Shown: positions 25,478-36,400 of the stretch, piece by piece | Layout of the letters: every line of letters begins with the position of its first letter | Numbering within the stretch: position 1 is the stretch's first letter | Source of the DNA: Epithemia pelagica | Lineage: Eukaryota; Protista; Bacillariophyta | Assembly (NCBI GenBank): GCA_946965045.2 | Contig: OX337234.1 | Location: forward strand, 3,782,001-3,846,000 | Direction of reading: 5' to 3' | DNA: 64,000 bases | Program-made: the position numbers and the translations under genes | Notes under the pieces: generated by a model | The model's input: the letters and a program-made list of their open reading frames with translations, nothing else | Databases searched by the model: none | Told to the model about the DNA's origin: nothing

Positions 25478-25486
25478 GAGAGGGAG
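25478..25486 (+). promoter_or_regulatory. Polypurine tract
   Basis: GAGAGGGAG directly abutting the 3' LTR. Confidence 0.8.
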
Positions 25487-25655
25487 TGAAAAGGGCGCGA
25501 CCTAATTGAGACTAGCCATAGGGCTGACGTATAGGGTCGACGTCACCTTGCCCAACCAGCCTCACACTCTGGATGACGCACTACTTGCATATCTTTTAGG
25601 AACGTACGAACTAGGTAATCTTCTATCATAATTTTACGAATACATACCCTTTTCA
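25487..25655 (+). repeat. 3' LTR
   Basis: Matches 17676-17844; followed by the CACGT TSD. Confidence 0.96.
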
Positions 25656-25725
25656 CACGTTTGGCGTTTGCCCCCAAGAGAGGCCACTTGGCGATTTGCT
25701 CATAAGGGGATTCTGTCAAGATTGA

Positions 25726-25885
25726 TTGTGGGAGGCAAGCTTTCCCTCCCTTTTGGATAGGATCTCTCGCGATGAAACATTCATTTGCATGTTTCACGAA
25801 AAGCCATTGTGGGAGGCAAGTTTTCCCTCCCTTTTGGAGGGGATCGCATGGAAAGAAAAATTCATTTTCATGTTTCACATAAAGG
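25726..25885. repeat. Two-copy ~81-bp tandem repeat (also at about 32306-32465)
   Basis: TGTGGGAGGCAAG(C/T)TTTCCCTCCCTTTTGGA...TTCATTT.CATGTTTCAC occurs twice in succession. Confidence 0.75.
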
Positions 25886-26914
25886 CCTCTTCACATTCTG
25901 CTCATGGAGGTTCTCTTTCTATATTGATCGGGGTTCAAGACATAACAAGCAATCCATAAGCAACTTTGAATCAAAACAATGAAACAACGACGAAGCTTAC
26001 TGGTTTCTCCGTCACCCTGAATCCTGTCTGTTGTGCTCTCGAAGGAAACTCTACGCATATGGCGCAACTAAACGACGAGCCAGATCCTGCTCTCTCTCTC
26101 TCTCTCTCTCTCTCTCTTTATCGGCATGGTACTAGCAGCCTTTAGAGATCAAAGGTCCGGTCTGACGACACGCCTGTGTAGAGTACCTCTCGTGCTCCAC
26201 TCCGTCATTCTGACCGTCCTTCTCGTATATGTAATCGAATGTCTTGAACCGACCCGCTATACAGTGAGGGAAACAGCACCATAGCAACGCTTGAGATATC
26301 ATGTGCGCAATTCCAATACTCTAGCCTGACAATATAGAGCGGACTCCATTGGATAACGAGCATCACAACTCCGCTCGAGAACATGTGCAACCACCAACGG
26401 CGCCTGGAGTTACGGAGTCATGCGAACAGCCGCCACAGAAAGTCAACGAGCATTCCCAGGCACTATCATTGGTGCGCTTCCACCCCAGTACCTATTGCGG
26501 GCTTTGTTTCCATAGCGTGCCATTGTTGAGAGTGGAAAGGGACTTCAGGTTTTGGGGCACCCGAAAATCCGTGACATAAAATGTGGGACAAGACGTGTCG
26601 ATCGGCTCGCAGAGCTACGCCTGTCGTGCTACGTTTCTAAATAATCCAAAAAAGATACTAAGTAAAATTGAAATCATAGCAAACGGGAATCGGCGAGCCA
26701 TTAACAAACATGTCTGTAATCGCCGGCCAGTGGGTGAGCTGCCTTCTCGAGCGAGCCGAGACGCTGGAGGGCAATAGAGGTGCAAAGTCTCTGATCTGTT
26801 TCTTCTCTCGCTCCATACTGAGAGCACTACTCGTGCACACCAATCAACAAGTCGCATGGGACTCGAACGTTGGTGTTTAGAGTTTAGAATAAAGAGTCTC
26901 TCATCCTTATTGGT

Positions 26915-29226
26915 CTAGTTTCGAAAGACTTGCGCTTGACGAAGCATTTCGGTCCCCGTTCGTTCGCTATTGGGCAATACATACTCACTGCAGTCGTTTC
27001 GACTCACACCAAGCCACTCACAAATCGGCATGTAGATGGATTCCCAGGACAAGGTGGGAATCAATCGCCCCCGTCCCACATTGAGAGGACTGTCGGCCGT
27101 CAAATCCAATGGATACTGACCAAGAGCCTTGCCTCCATTCAACGCTCCACCCATGGCAAAGGAATGACCGGCCCATCCGTGATCAGACCCCGAGTTTGTA
27201 TTGGGTGTGAGTGTTCGCCCAAATTCAGAAACGACCAATAGCGTTGTCTTGTCCCACAGCCCCTTGTCCTTGAGGTTTTCAACGTAGCATGCCAAGGCCT
27301 CGTTCAATTCTTGAAACCCTGTGCTGAGCCGCGACTTGACGTCCGAGTGGTGATCCCAATTACCCGTCGAAACATAAAAGAGGTCACGATCCACTCCGCG
27401 GTCTTTTCTGGTTTCCATCATTCGAACAACCATGTTAAGCTTGGCAGAACCACAACTTTTCTTCAACTGAATATCACGCAAGGAATCTTGCAAGAACGCA
27501 TTCTCTGCCATGGCACGCTGAAACGGTTCGGACCAAAATTCACCAAAAAGGCTACTCGTGGCATGGTTCAATCCGTTCAAACGATCGAAATAGGTCTTCG
27601 GGTCGAACTGTTCTGTGCGTGGCTTGGCGTTGAATGCCGTTGGACCTCGTTCGCTCATGACCAGTGGAGACTCCGAGTCTGTCGTTTCCCCGTTCACGGC
27701 AGGGTACAAATTGTTGATAGAAATACTTTGAGCTTGGAACCCATACGTCTCATTGTTCAGTGCATGGGCAAGACGACCCAAGATTCCGGTTCCAAGCACT
27801 TCTTGGTACGGATCTACGGTCTGTGCTTCTTTTCGCATTGCATTATGGGCAAAAAGCTGCGATACGGTCATGGCCTCAAAGTTTGCCTTTGTCGGTGCCA
27901 TATTGATCAAGCCCGTGTTGAAGAACATGCTCAAATCCCCCTGGTTGTAGAGTTCCTGCAAAAGTGACAGTTTCTTGTGGATTGCAAACTTGGAGCAGGG
28001 CTGACGGTCCACGTCAATAGTCAGCTGACGTTCGCTTTCTTTGAGTCCAATCGTTCCCCGTTCGGCCACATACTGCTCCAAAACGGTCAATCCCATTGGA
28101 TTGGTTTGATTGCAAGTGTGGGGGACGACCAAATTGTATGAGTCGTACCCTCCTGAAAGCATGAGCACCACCAACGCCTTGTATGGTCTCTCTGTTGGAA
28201 CAACCTCTTTCTTGTGTCTTCTCGCCTTTCCAGTTTTGCTGACAATACCGTTGCTGTGGAACTCACTGGAACCAACAATCAACTGTTGCGATTGCATTGC
28301 AGCCGATTGTGGGTTCTCGGCAGTGTCCACGGCTTCTCCAATCATGCGCCGAAGTTTCTCATTCAGTCGACCGCTTGTCATAATTGTCGCTAATTCGTCC
28401 ACAATTTGTGCAGTTGTGCTTCCTTCCGTAGGTGAGAATCCAGGATACCCTGACATGTTGACAAATTGTCCTGCCATCCTCCATCGGCAGTCAGAATATT
28501 GCGACCAGTTGGACGTTTCGCCAAAACCACCAAAGCAGCGGTCTAATCCGTACTTCATCATTGCCAACAGACCATTCATTGTTCCCAGAATGGTAGGTGT
28601 GGAATGGATTTGAGCTTCTGGAGACACCAAACCAGCGTTCGCAACGACTCCACTGGGCTGATACTCGGGAAGGAAAAAGGAAAAGATGGACGGCGACTCG
28701 TAGACTTTTTGACCGATTGCCGCTTGTAGGTCTCTTTTGAATCGAAGAAACGGAAACTCTGGCGTTGACTGAAACTCAAGGTTCCTCATAACCGCTAGAA
28801 CCTTGAGTAGCGGCTCCTTCAATGAACCATACGCCGGATCTGTTCCCAATACCGCACTCCGTGCTTCTCGGTCTAGAAAAATAGCAGCAACCGTAGCAGC
28901 AAGATCACCATGTTGTCTAGATCCAAAAGATACGTCGAAATTCCCTCTGTTATACGTGTAGGCTCCTGTTCGGAACGCCTCAGCAATCACTTGCACGTAT
29001 CTCGGTGACGGGTTACTGATTCCGAATCGTTGGGCAAGACGAGTTGCGAGAAACGGAGCAGTATTCTTATGATACAAGTAGTGGTCGATGGCCGCGTCCG
29101 TCTCGTACTGCGCATCGCGCAAGGTAGGCTCAGAAAGCGAAATAAAGTGAACTGGGTTCCTGAAGGAAATGTTTGTTCCGACAATGCGAACCACCGAACG
29201 AACATTCTTACGCAAGTGCTCCACAC
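26915..29226 (-). pseudogene. 5'-truncated copy of the C-terminal 769 aa of DUF1800-DUF1501 paralog 2
   Basis: Open frame nearly identical to 33479-35790 (roughly 14 aa differences by eye); begins mid-exon at the junction with repeat Z. Confidence 0.9.
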
Positions 29227-29625
29227 TTGTTTACCTTACATGAAAAAATTCTAAACACAATTCACTGAGAACGACCGCTAGATATTTTATCTGGCCAAGA
29301 AGCGAATCAAACGCGTCCGATATAGAACGGATTCAGTCCCGCAAGATCATGATAATGTAATATGTGATGGTGGAGTAATAGATATAGGCATAGAATGGAG
29401 GAAGGACCCAATCGTTCTCTCTACGAGGAACAATGGAAACGACCAGACGAAAACATGTCTGTATCTTGTTCCAGGAGAGGGAAACTCCCTCCCCAGCCGA
29501 ACGTCAGGATTGTCTTTGTTCGGGGTGTATCATGATGTGGTCTATCATGATGTGGTCCACCCTATAGTATGAATGGAATTGTAATATATCCCAGGCCCCA
29601 GGAACGCAAATCCCAAACTCAGGGT
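29227..29625 (+). repeat. Direct repeat Z, copy 2 (399 bp)
   Basis: Matches 16930-17295. Confidence 0.85.
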
Positions 29626-29871
29626 GGCCCAACATCGTCTCACCTGCACATAGACTCCTAACGACCGAGCGAACCATTGGACGATTCGTACACACCCGTT
29701 GAATGGTCCTTGTAGCACAACCAGTCCTTTGAGATAATGTTCTAGATAGACCTCCTGTGTCGCTTAATGGGTGCTGGAATGGTCATTCTGTAGGTAGTAT
29801 TCAATCTTGTTCCGTGACGGCCCATTCTCTTGTTGGAACTGGAAAAACGTGTTTGGGCCCTGTCTCTGGAG

Positions 29872-30279
29872 TCATTTCCCCTTACAGTCACCACGGGCAC
29901 CAATTCCACTACTCTGGAGCAAAAATTCCGGGTGGTAGATGTCCGGACAAGGTTGACACTCCTTGGTTTCTGCCCAGAAACAATTGCCAGAAATCGTACA
30001 TTTCTCTTTTCTGAGGCCATTGCACTCGTTCTCTTTGAGATCACGGGTCTGCTGCGTGGACTCTGCCGTCGATGGTACACGTCGTAGGTTGGTTGTCTTG
30101 ACATTGGATGCCAACACGGGATAAGAATCCTGTTGATCTGGCTGATCATTTCGATTGTTTCCTGTGCCTTGGTACTGTGTTGTGTCCGCCAATGTCGTGG
30201 GTACCGACCCCAACCACAGCAACAGCACGATGCTCGCACGGAGAAACGGCTTGGTCCACGACACTGTTGTCTGGATCAT
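29872..30279 (-). CDS. Small putative secreted Cys-rich protein (3' end uncertain)
   Basis: Signal-peptide-like ASIVLLLWLGSVPTTLA; C-terminal CNGLRKEKCTISGNCFWAETKECQPCP. Confidence 0.4.
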   Translation of the reverse strand: MIQTTVSWTKPFLRASIVLLLWLGSVPTTLADTTQYQGTGNNRNDQPDQQDSYPVLASNVKTTNLRRVPSTAESTQQTRDLKENECNGLRKEKCTISGNCFWAETKECQPCPDIYHPEFLLQSSGIGARGDCKGK

Positions 30280-32665
30280 GATTGAGGCCCTTTGTCGTCA
30301 GGATACGTTGAATTATTGTGGGTTGTCTGTGTATGTCCCCGTAGCGACCTTATTCCTTGTCACCCTTTTTGCGAGCGCAACAGAAACAAATCTCCCTCTG
30401 GTTTGGGCCGCTACTGGAAGAACTCTCGGCTCTTGGCAGATGTGCTCACGTCATGGGCATCTTTTTTCTCTCAATCAAGCATACAATCTTCTGGTGTATC
30501 AAGAAGTGGTGTCAAGACAATCCGAAGGTTGAATCTCAGAATTCTTTGAAAATCTTTATTCGTCATTGGATCGCTCAGGAAATGCAGGCAATAGCTATTC
30601 TTGCTATCTTCTCGATAGTGAGTGGACAGGAGGACAAAAAGACGAATTGCGATGTAGCCTTCTCCTTGTCCTCTCTTCTACCTTACTAGAGACGAAGGAC
30701 GAACATATTCGAGATTGCATCAAGTGTGTAGACGTGGATTTCTTGACTGTCTCTATACCACTACAACAGATCTACATGATAGATTCTGCGCCCACTCTCT
30801 CTCTTCCACGCAGCCGAAACCCAAAATGCACCAACCCCAAGAGAAAACCATCTAGCTCCATCAATTGGCTCCACTTGTTCTTGTTCCTGCTATTCCTGCT
30901 GCTGGTGTCAGAAGGAACCCAAAAACAAGCCCATCCATCATCACCATCTTATCACTGTGGAGTCATGAGACAGGCACCCAAAGTCGAAAGCCAAAAGACT
31001 CTGTTGGTTGATTGTCATCTTTCGTGAAATGGTATATTTCCAATCACGGGCCTGAGAAGAGCACACAGTGAGACCAGACATTTCGGAATCCAGTAGACAA
31101 ACGGTGTGAAACGGCACTGGATGAACGTGTCGTCCGACGAGAGGAGGCAGTGTAGTGGAATCAAATGAGTGTGGCACCGAACCAATCCTGGTTTGAACGG
31201 AATACCGATCGACCAACGCTTTGGTTCGAGAGAGCTAAAGGGTCTTGAAAATGAAACGTACGGAAGGTACTTGGACATGTGGATTCCACAGTGGGAGTCC
31301 ATTCGTGCAAGATCACATGGTAGGAATAGGCCGTTGTGCGGTAGGAGCTCCACAACAGTGCATCCAAAGGAGGACACGCACCAATGGGAGACACACACAA
31401 AAAAGATATATTATGGAGCGCCATTGTCCCCCTATCCACACCACTTCTGTGTGTTCTGGTCCATCCCTGATCGAAACACTCATGAGTGATGGCCTGTCGC
31501 AACGATCTCATTCCCCAGTGATCCCATGCATCTCTCTACCTAGTTTCGTGGTCTTCCTCGTCCACAACATCCACTGACAGATCCTTTCCAGCCTCTCCGA
31601 AACGAGTCCCTTTTAACGTACCCCCGTTCTTGGCAGCGACCACCGCCGTTCCTCCTCCTTTCCATCAAGCGCTACTTTCGCCATGGCAGCCAGAAGAGAA
31701 CGCAGTGAAACGGCAGGTGCTGCAAGTCGTCGAGCTGCACGTGCCTGGTGTAGCGACGACACACAGGACATTGTGGTTCGCAAGCAAGCCGCCAATGCTC
31801 AATCTCCGTCCTGGAGGAGTTCTCGTACCAAACGTCGCCCCTTTCAATCCAACCGAACACGCTCCTGTAACGCGTCTTTGTCAGCACCACCCTTATCATC
31901 CCTACCGTTTTCGCGGTCTCGTTCTGCCTCGTCTTCCAGCACCATCGTCTCAAGGCCTTGTACACATACCTTACACCGAGGGTGGAGTCATGAGACAGAC
32001 ACCCACACTGTGGCAAGCCAAAAGACTCTGTTGGTTGATTGTCATAGTTCTTGGAATAGCTTCAACAGACATTTGTCACATGTCCCCGTGTTGGCATGTT
32101 CAGCTTTTCGCTGTCATACATTTTGGTGTCATTGTACACTTTAGACATTTGCCGCATGCCCCCCCGTGTTTGCATGTTCAGCGTATCGCTGTCAAACATT
32201 TTTATTTGCCTCATGTCCCCATTGCGTACAATTTGATGCACGTTTGGCGTTTGCCCCCAAGAGAGGCCACTTGGCGATTTGCTCATAAGGGGATTCTGTC
32301 AAGATTGATTGTGGGAGGCAAGCTTTCCCTCCCTTTTGGATAGGATCTCTCGCAATGAAACATTCATTTGCATGTTTCACGAAAAGCCATTGTGGGAGGC
32401 AAGTTTTCCCTCCCTTTTGGAGGGGATCGCATGGAAAGAAAAATTCATTTTCATGTTTCACATAAAGGCCTCTTCACATTCTGCTCATGGAGGTTCTCTT
32501 TCGATATTGATCGGGGTTCAAGACATAACAAGCAATCCATGAGAAACTTTGAATCAAAACAATGAAACAACGAAGCTTACTGGTTTCTCCGTCATCCTGA
32601 ATCCTGTCTGTTGTGCTCTCGAAGGAAACTCTACGCATATGGCGCAACTATACGACGAGCCAGAT

Positions 32666-32699
<34 letters not shown>

Positions 32700-33478
32700 A
32701 TCGGCATGGTACTAGCAGCCTTTAGAGATCAAAGGTCCGGTCTGACGACACGCCTGTGTAGAGTACCTCTCGTGCTCCACTCCGTCATTCTGACCGTCCT
32801 TCTCGTATATGTAATCGAATGTCTTGAACCGACCCGCTATACAGTGAGGGAAACAGCACCATAGCAACGCTTGAGATATCATGTGCGCAATTCCAATACT
32901 CTAGCCTGACAATATAGAGCGGACTCCATTGGATAACGAGCATCACAACTCCGCTCGAGAACATGTGCAACCACCAACGGCGCCTGGAGTTACGGAGTCA
33001 TGCGAACAGCCGCCACAGAAAGTCAACGAGCATTCCCAGGCACTATCATTTGGTGCGCTTCCGCTGCTGGGCCTATCGCGGGCCATTGTTGAAAGGCTGA
33101 CTTTGGACTTTTGTGCACCCGAAAATCCGTAACAGAAAATGTGGGACCAGAAGTGTCGAGCGGCTCGCAGCGCTACGCCTGCCGTGCTGCCTTACTAAGT
33201 AGTCCGAAAAGGATATTAAGTAAAAGTTTGATCCGCGCAAACGGGAATCGGCGAGACCAATACAAACATGTCAGGAATCGCCGGCCAGTGGATGAGCTGC
33301 CTTTTCGCGCGAGCCGAGACGCTCGAAACCAATAGAGTTTTACAAAGTCCCTTATCTTTTTCCTACAATATCCGGACAATCCGGACCTCTCATGGTGCAC
33401 GAGTCGCATGGGACTCGAACGGGAGTGTTTTGTGTTTTGAAAAGTCTCTCGTCCTTGTTATTTGGATGGTTGGTCTAC

Positions 33479-36400
33479 CTAGTTTCGAAAGACTTGCGCT
33501 TGACGAAGCATTTCGGTCCCCGTTCGTTCGCTATTGGGCAATACATACTCACTGCAGTCGTTTCGACTCACACCGAGCCACTCACAAATTGGCATGTAGA
33601 TGGATTCCCAGGACAAGGTGGGAATCAATCGCCCCCGCCCCACATTGAGAGGACTATCGGCCGTCAAATCCAATGGATACTGACCAAGAGCCTTGCCTCC
33701 ATTCAACGCTCCACCCATGGCAAAGGAATGGCCGGCCCATCCGTGATCAGACCCCGAGTTTGTATTGGGTGTGAGTGTTCGACCAAACTCAGAAACGACC
33801 AATAGCGTTGTCTTGTCCCACAGCCCCTTGTCCTTGAGGTTTTCAACGTAGCATGCCAAGGCCTCGTTCAATTCTTGAAACCCTGTGCTGAGCCGCGACT
33901 TGACGTCCGAGTGGTGATCCCAATTACCCGTCGAAACATAAAAGAGGTCACGATCCACTCCGCGGTCTTTTCTGGTTTCCATCATTCGAACAACCATGTT
34001 AAGCTTGGCAGAACCACAACTTTTCTTCAACTGAATATCTCGCAAGGAATCTTCCAAGAACGCATTCTCTGCCATGGCACGCTGAAACGAATCGGACCAA
34101 AATTCACCAAAAAGGCTACTCGTGGCATGGTTCAATCCGTTCAGACGATCGAAATACGTCTTCGGATCGAACTGTTCTGTGCGTGGCTTGGCGTTGAATG
34201 CCGTTGGACCTCGTTCGCTCATGACCAGTGGAGACTCCGAGTCTGACGTTTCCCCGTTCACGGCAGGGTACAAGTTGTTGATGGAAATACTTTGAGCTTG
34301 GAACCCATACGTCTCATTGTTCAGTGCATGGGCAAGACGACCCAAGATTCCGGTTCCAAGCACTTCTTGATACGGATCTACGGTCTGTGCTTCTTTTCGC
34401 ATTGCATTATGGGCAAAAAGCTGCGATACGGTCATGGCCTCAAAGTTTGTCTTTGTAGGTGCCATATTGATCAAGCCCGTGTTGAAGAACATGCTCAAAT
34501 CCCCCTGGTTGTAGAGTTCCTGCAAAAGTGCCAGTTTCTTGTGGATTGCAAACTTGGAGCAGGGTTGACGGTCCACGTCAATAGTCAGCTGACGTTCGCT
34601 CTCTTTGAGTCCAATCGTGCCCCGTTCGGCCACATACTGCTCCAAAACGGTCAATCCCATTGGATTGGTTTGATTGCAAGTGTGGGGGACAACCAAATTG
34701 TATGAGTCGTACCCTCCTGAAAGCATGAGCACCACCAACGCCTTGTATGTTCTTTCAGTGGGAACAACCTCTTTCTTGTGTCTTCTAGCCTTTCCAGTTT
34801 TGCTGACAATACCGTTGCTGTGGAACTCACTGGAACCAACAATCAACTGTTGCGATTGCATTGCAGCCGCTTGTGGGTTCTCGGCAGTGTCCACGGCTTC
34901 TCCAATCATGCGCCGAAGTTCCCCATTCAGTCGACCGCTTGTCATAATTGTCGCCAATTCGTCTACAATTTGTGCCGTTGTGCTTCCTTCCGTAGGTGAG
35001 AATCCAGGATACCCTGACATGTTGACAAATTGTCCTGCCATCCTCCATCGGCAGTCAGAATATTGCGACCAGTTGGAGGTTTCGCCAAAACCACCAAAGC
35101 AACGGTCTAGTCCGTACTTCATCATTGCCAACAGACCATTCATTGTTCCCAAAATGGTAGGTGTGGAATGGATTTGAGCTTCTGGAGACACCAAACCAGC
35201 GTTCGCAACGACTCCACTGGGCTGATACTCGGGAAGGAAGAAGGAAAAGATAGACGGCGACTCGTAGACTATTTGACCGATTGCTGCTTGTAGGTCTCTT
35301 TTGAATCGAAGAAAAGGAAACTCTGGCGTTGACTGAAACTTAAGGTTCCTCATGACCGCTAGAACCTTGAGTAGCGGCTCCTTCAATGAACCATACGCCG
35401 GGTCTGTTCCCAATACCGCACTCCTTGCTTCTCGGTCTAGAAAAATAGCAGCAACCGTAGCAGCAAGATCACCATGTTGTCCAGATCCAAACGATACGTC
35501 GAAATTCCCTCTGTCGTACGTGTAGGCTCCTGTTCGGAACGCCTCAGCAATCACTTGCACGTATCTCGGTGACGGGTTACTGATTCCGAATCGTTGGGCA
35601 AGACGAGTTGCAAGAAACGGGGCAGTATTCTTATGATACAAGTAGTGATCGATGGCCGCGTCCGTCTCGTACTGCGCATCGCGCAAGGTAGGCTCAGAAA
35701 GCGAAATAAAGTGAACTGGGTTCCTGAAGGAAATGTTTGTTCCGACAATGCGAACCACCGAACGAACATTCTTACGCAAGTGCTCCACACCGAATTCATC
35801 TGTGAGCTCAAAGATGGTTTCGGGAGAGTACGATTCTAGTTGGCCTTGAGTTGAATGGACTTTGACGCTGTTCGGCAATTGTGTGATCGAATAGTTTCCA
35901 TCCAGTATGTTGGGATGGAACGAACCGACTACAAGTTCCGAGAGAATCTCATCTTTTGTGGGTTCCGAAAAGAATACTTGCTGATTATCGACGATCACGT
36001 TGCACATGCAGTAGCCATCCTCTGCCACGTTACAATCAGGAATATCATCACATCGATTGATGAGGTCTGTAACTTCCTCCTTTCCAGACTGAAAGGCAAC
36101 TCTAAAGAAAGTTTTGTTGTCCTCTTCCTCTTGTCCCATCTCTCTCTCCTGCGAACTGTCTTCGTCAGGTACTGAGTGCACAATGGCAATCTTTCCCGCG
36201 TTGAAAGTGTCAAACTTGGCCTTGATGAAGCACTGCGTACTCTCTGCGAACCAAAAGAAGGGATGGTGTGGACCAGTACAGGAATTCCCTTCGCAATTTG
36301 ATATTCTGAGTTGTTCGGTCGATGTACACATGGGAATTCCGTCATCAGAACATCGTTCTTCTGCAGTCGACGCGAGAACTCGCTCTCCCCAGTAGACCTG

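Larger units (their letters stand above)
17676..25655 (+). mobile_element. Full-length Ty1/Copia LTR retrotransposon (CoDi-like), 7980 bp, recently inserted but frameshifted
   Basis: 169-bp LTRs (TGAAAAGGG...CCCTTTTCA) with 1 mismatch; CACGT TSD at 17671-17675 and 25656-25660; PBS and PPT present; domain order gag-PR-INT-RT-RNaseH. Confidence 0.97.
17296..29226 (+). repeat. Segmental duplicate of 31864-35790, split by the Copia insertion (17296-17675 plus 25661-29226)
   Basis: Near-identical to 31864-35790 once the retrotransposon and one CACGT are removed; the empty site TGATGCACGTTTGGCG is visible near 32235-32250. Confidence 0.92.

Noticed and set aside
26850-26915. A genuine tRNA gene at the GTTCGAGTCCC motif
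   Set aside because: No acceptor stem or anticodon arm can be folded; kept only as a possible SINE/Pol III-like element.
16930-29625. Direct repeats Z as the LTRs of a larger retroelement carrying the DUF1501 fragment
   Set aside because: No TSD, PBS or PPT; the enclosed DNA is a copy of 31864-35790; tandem duplication plus deletion explains it more simply.
30958-31600. Short ORFs and a ~60-bp piece shared with 31982-32043
   Set aside because: The repeat fragment is real but tiny; the ORFs have no convincing family motifs.
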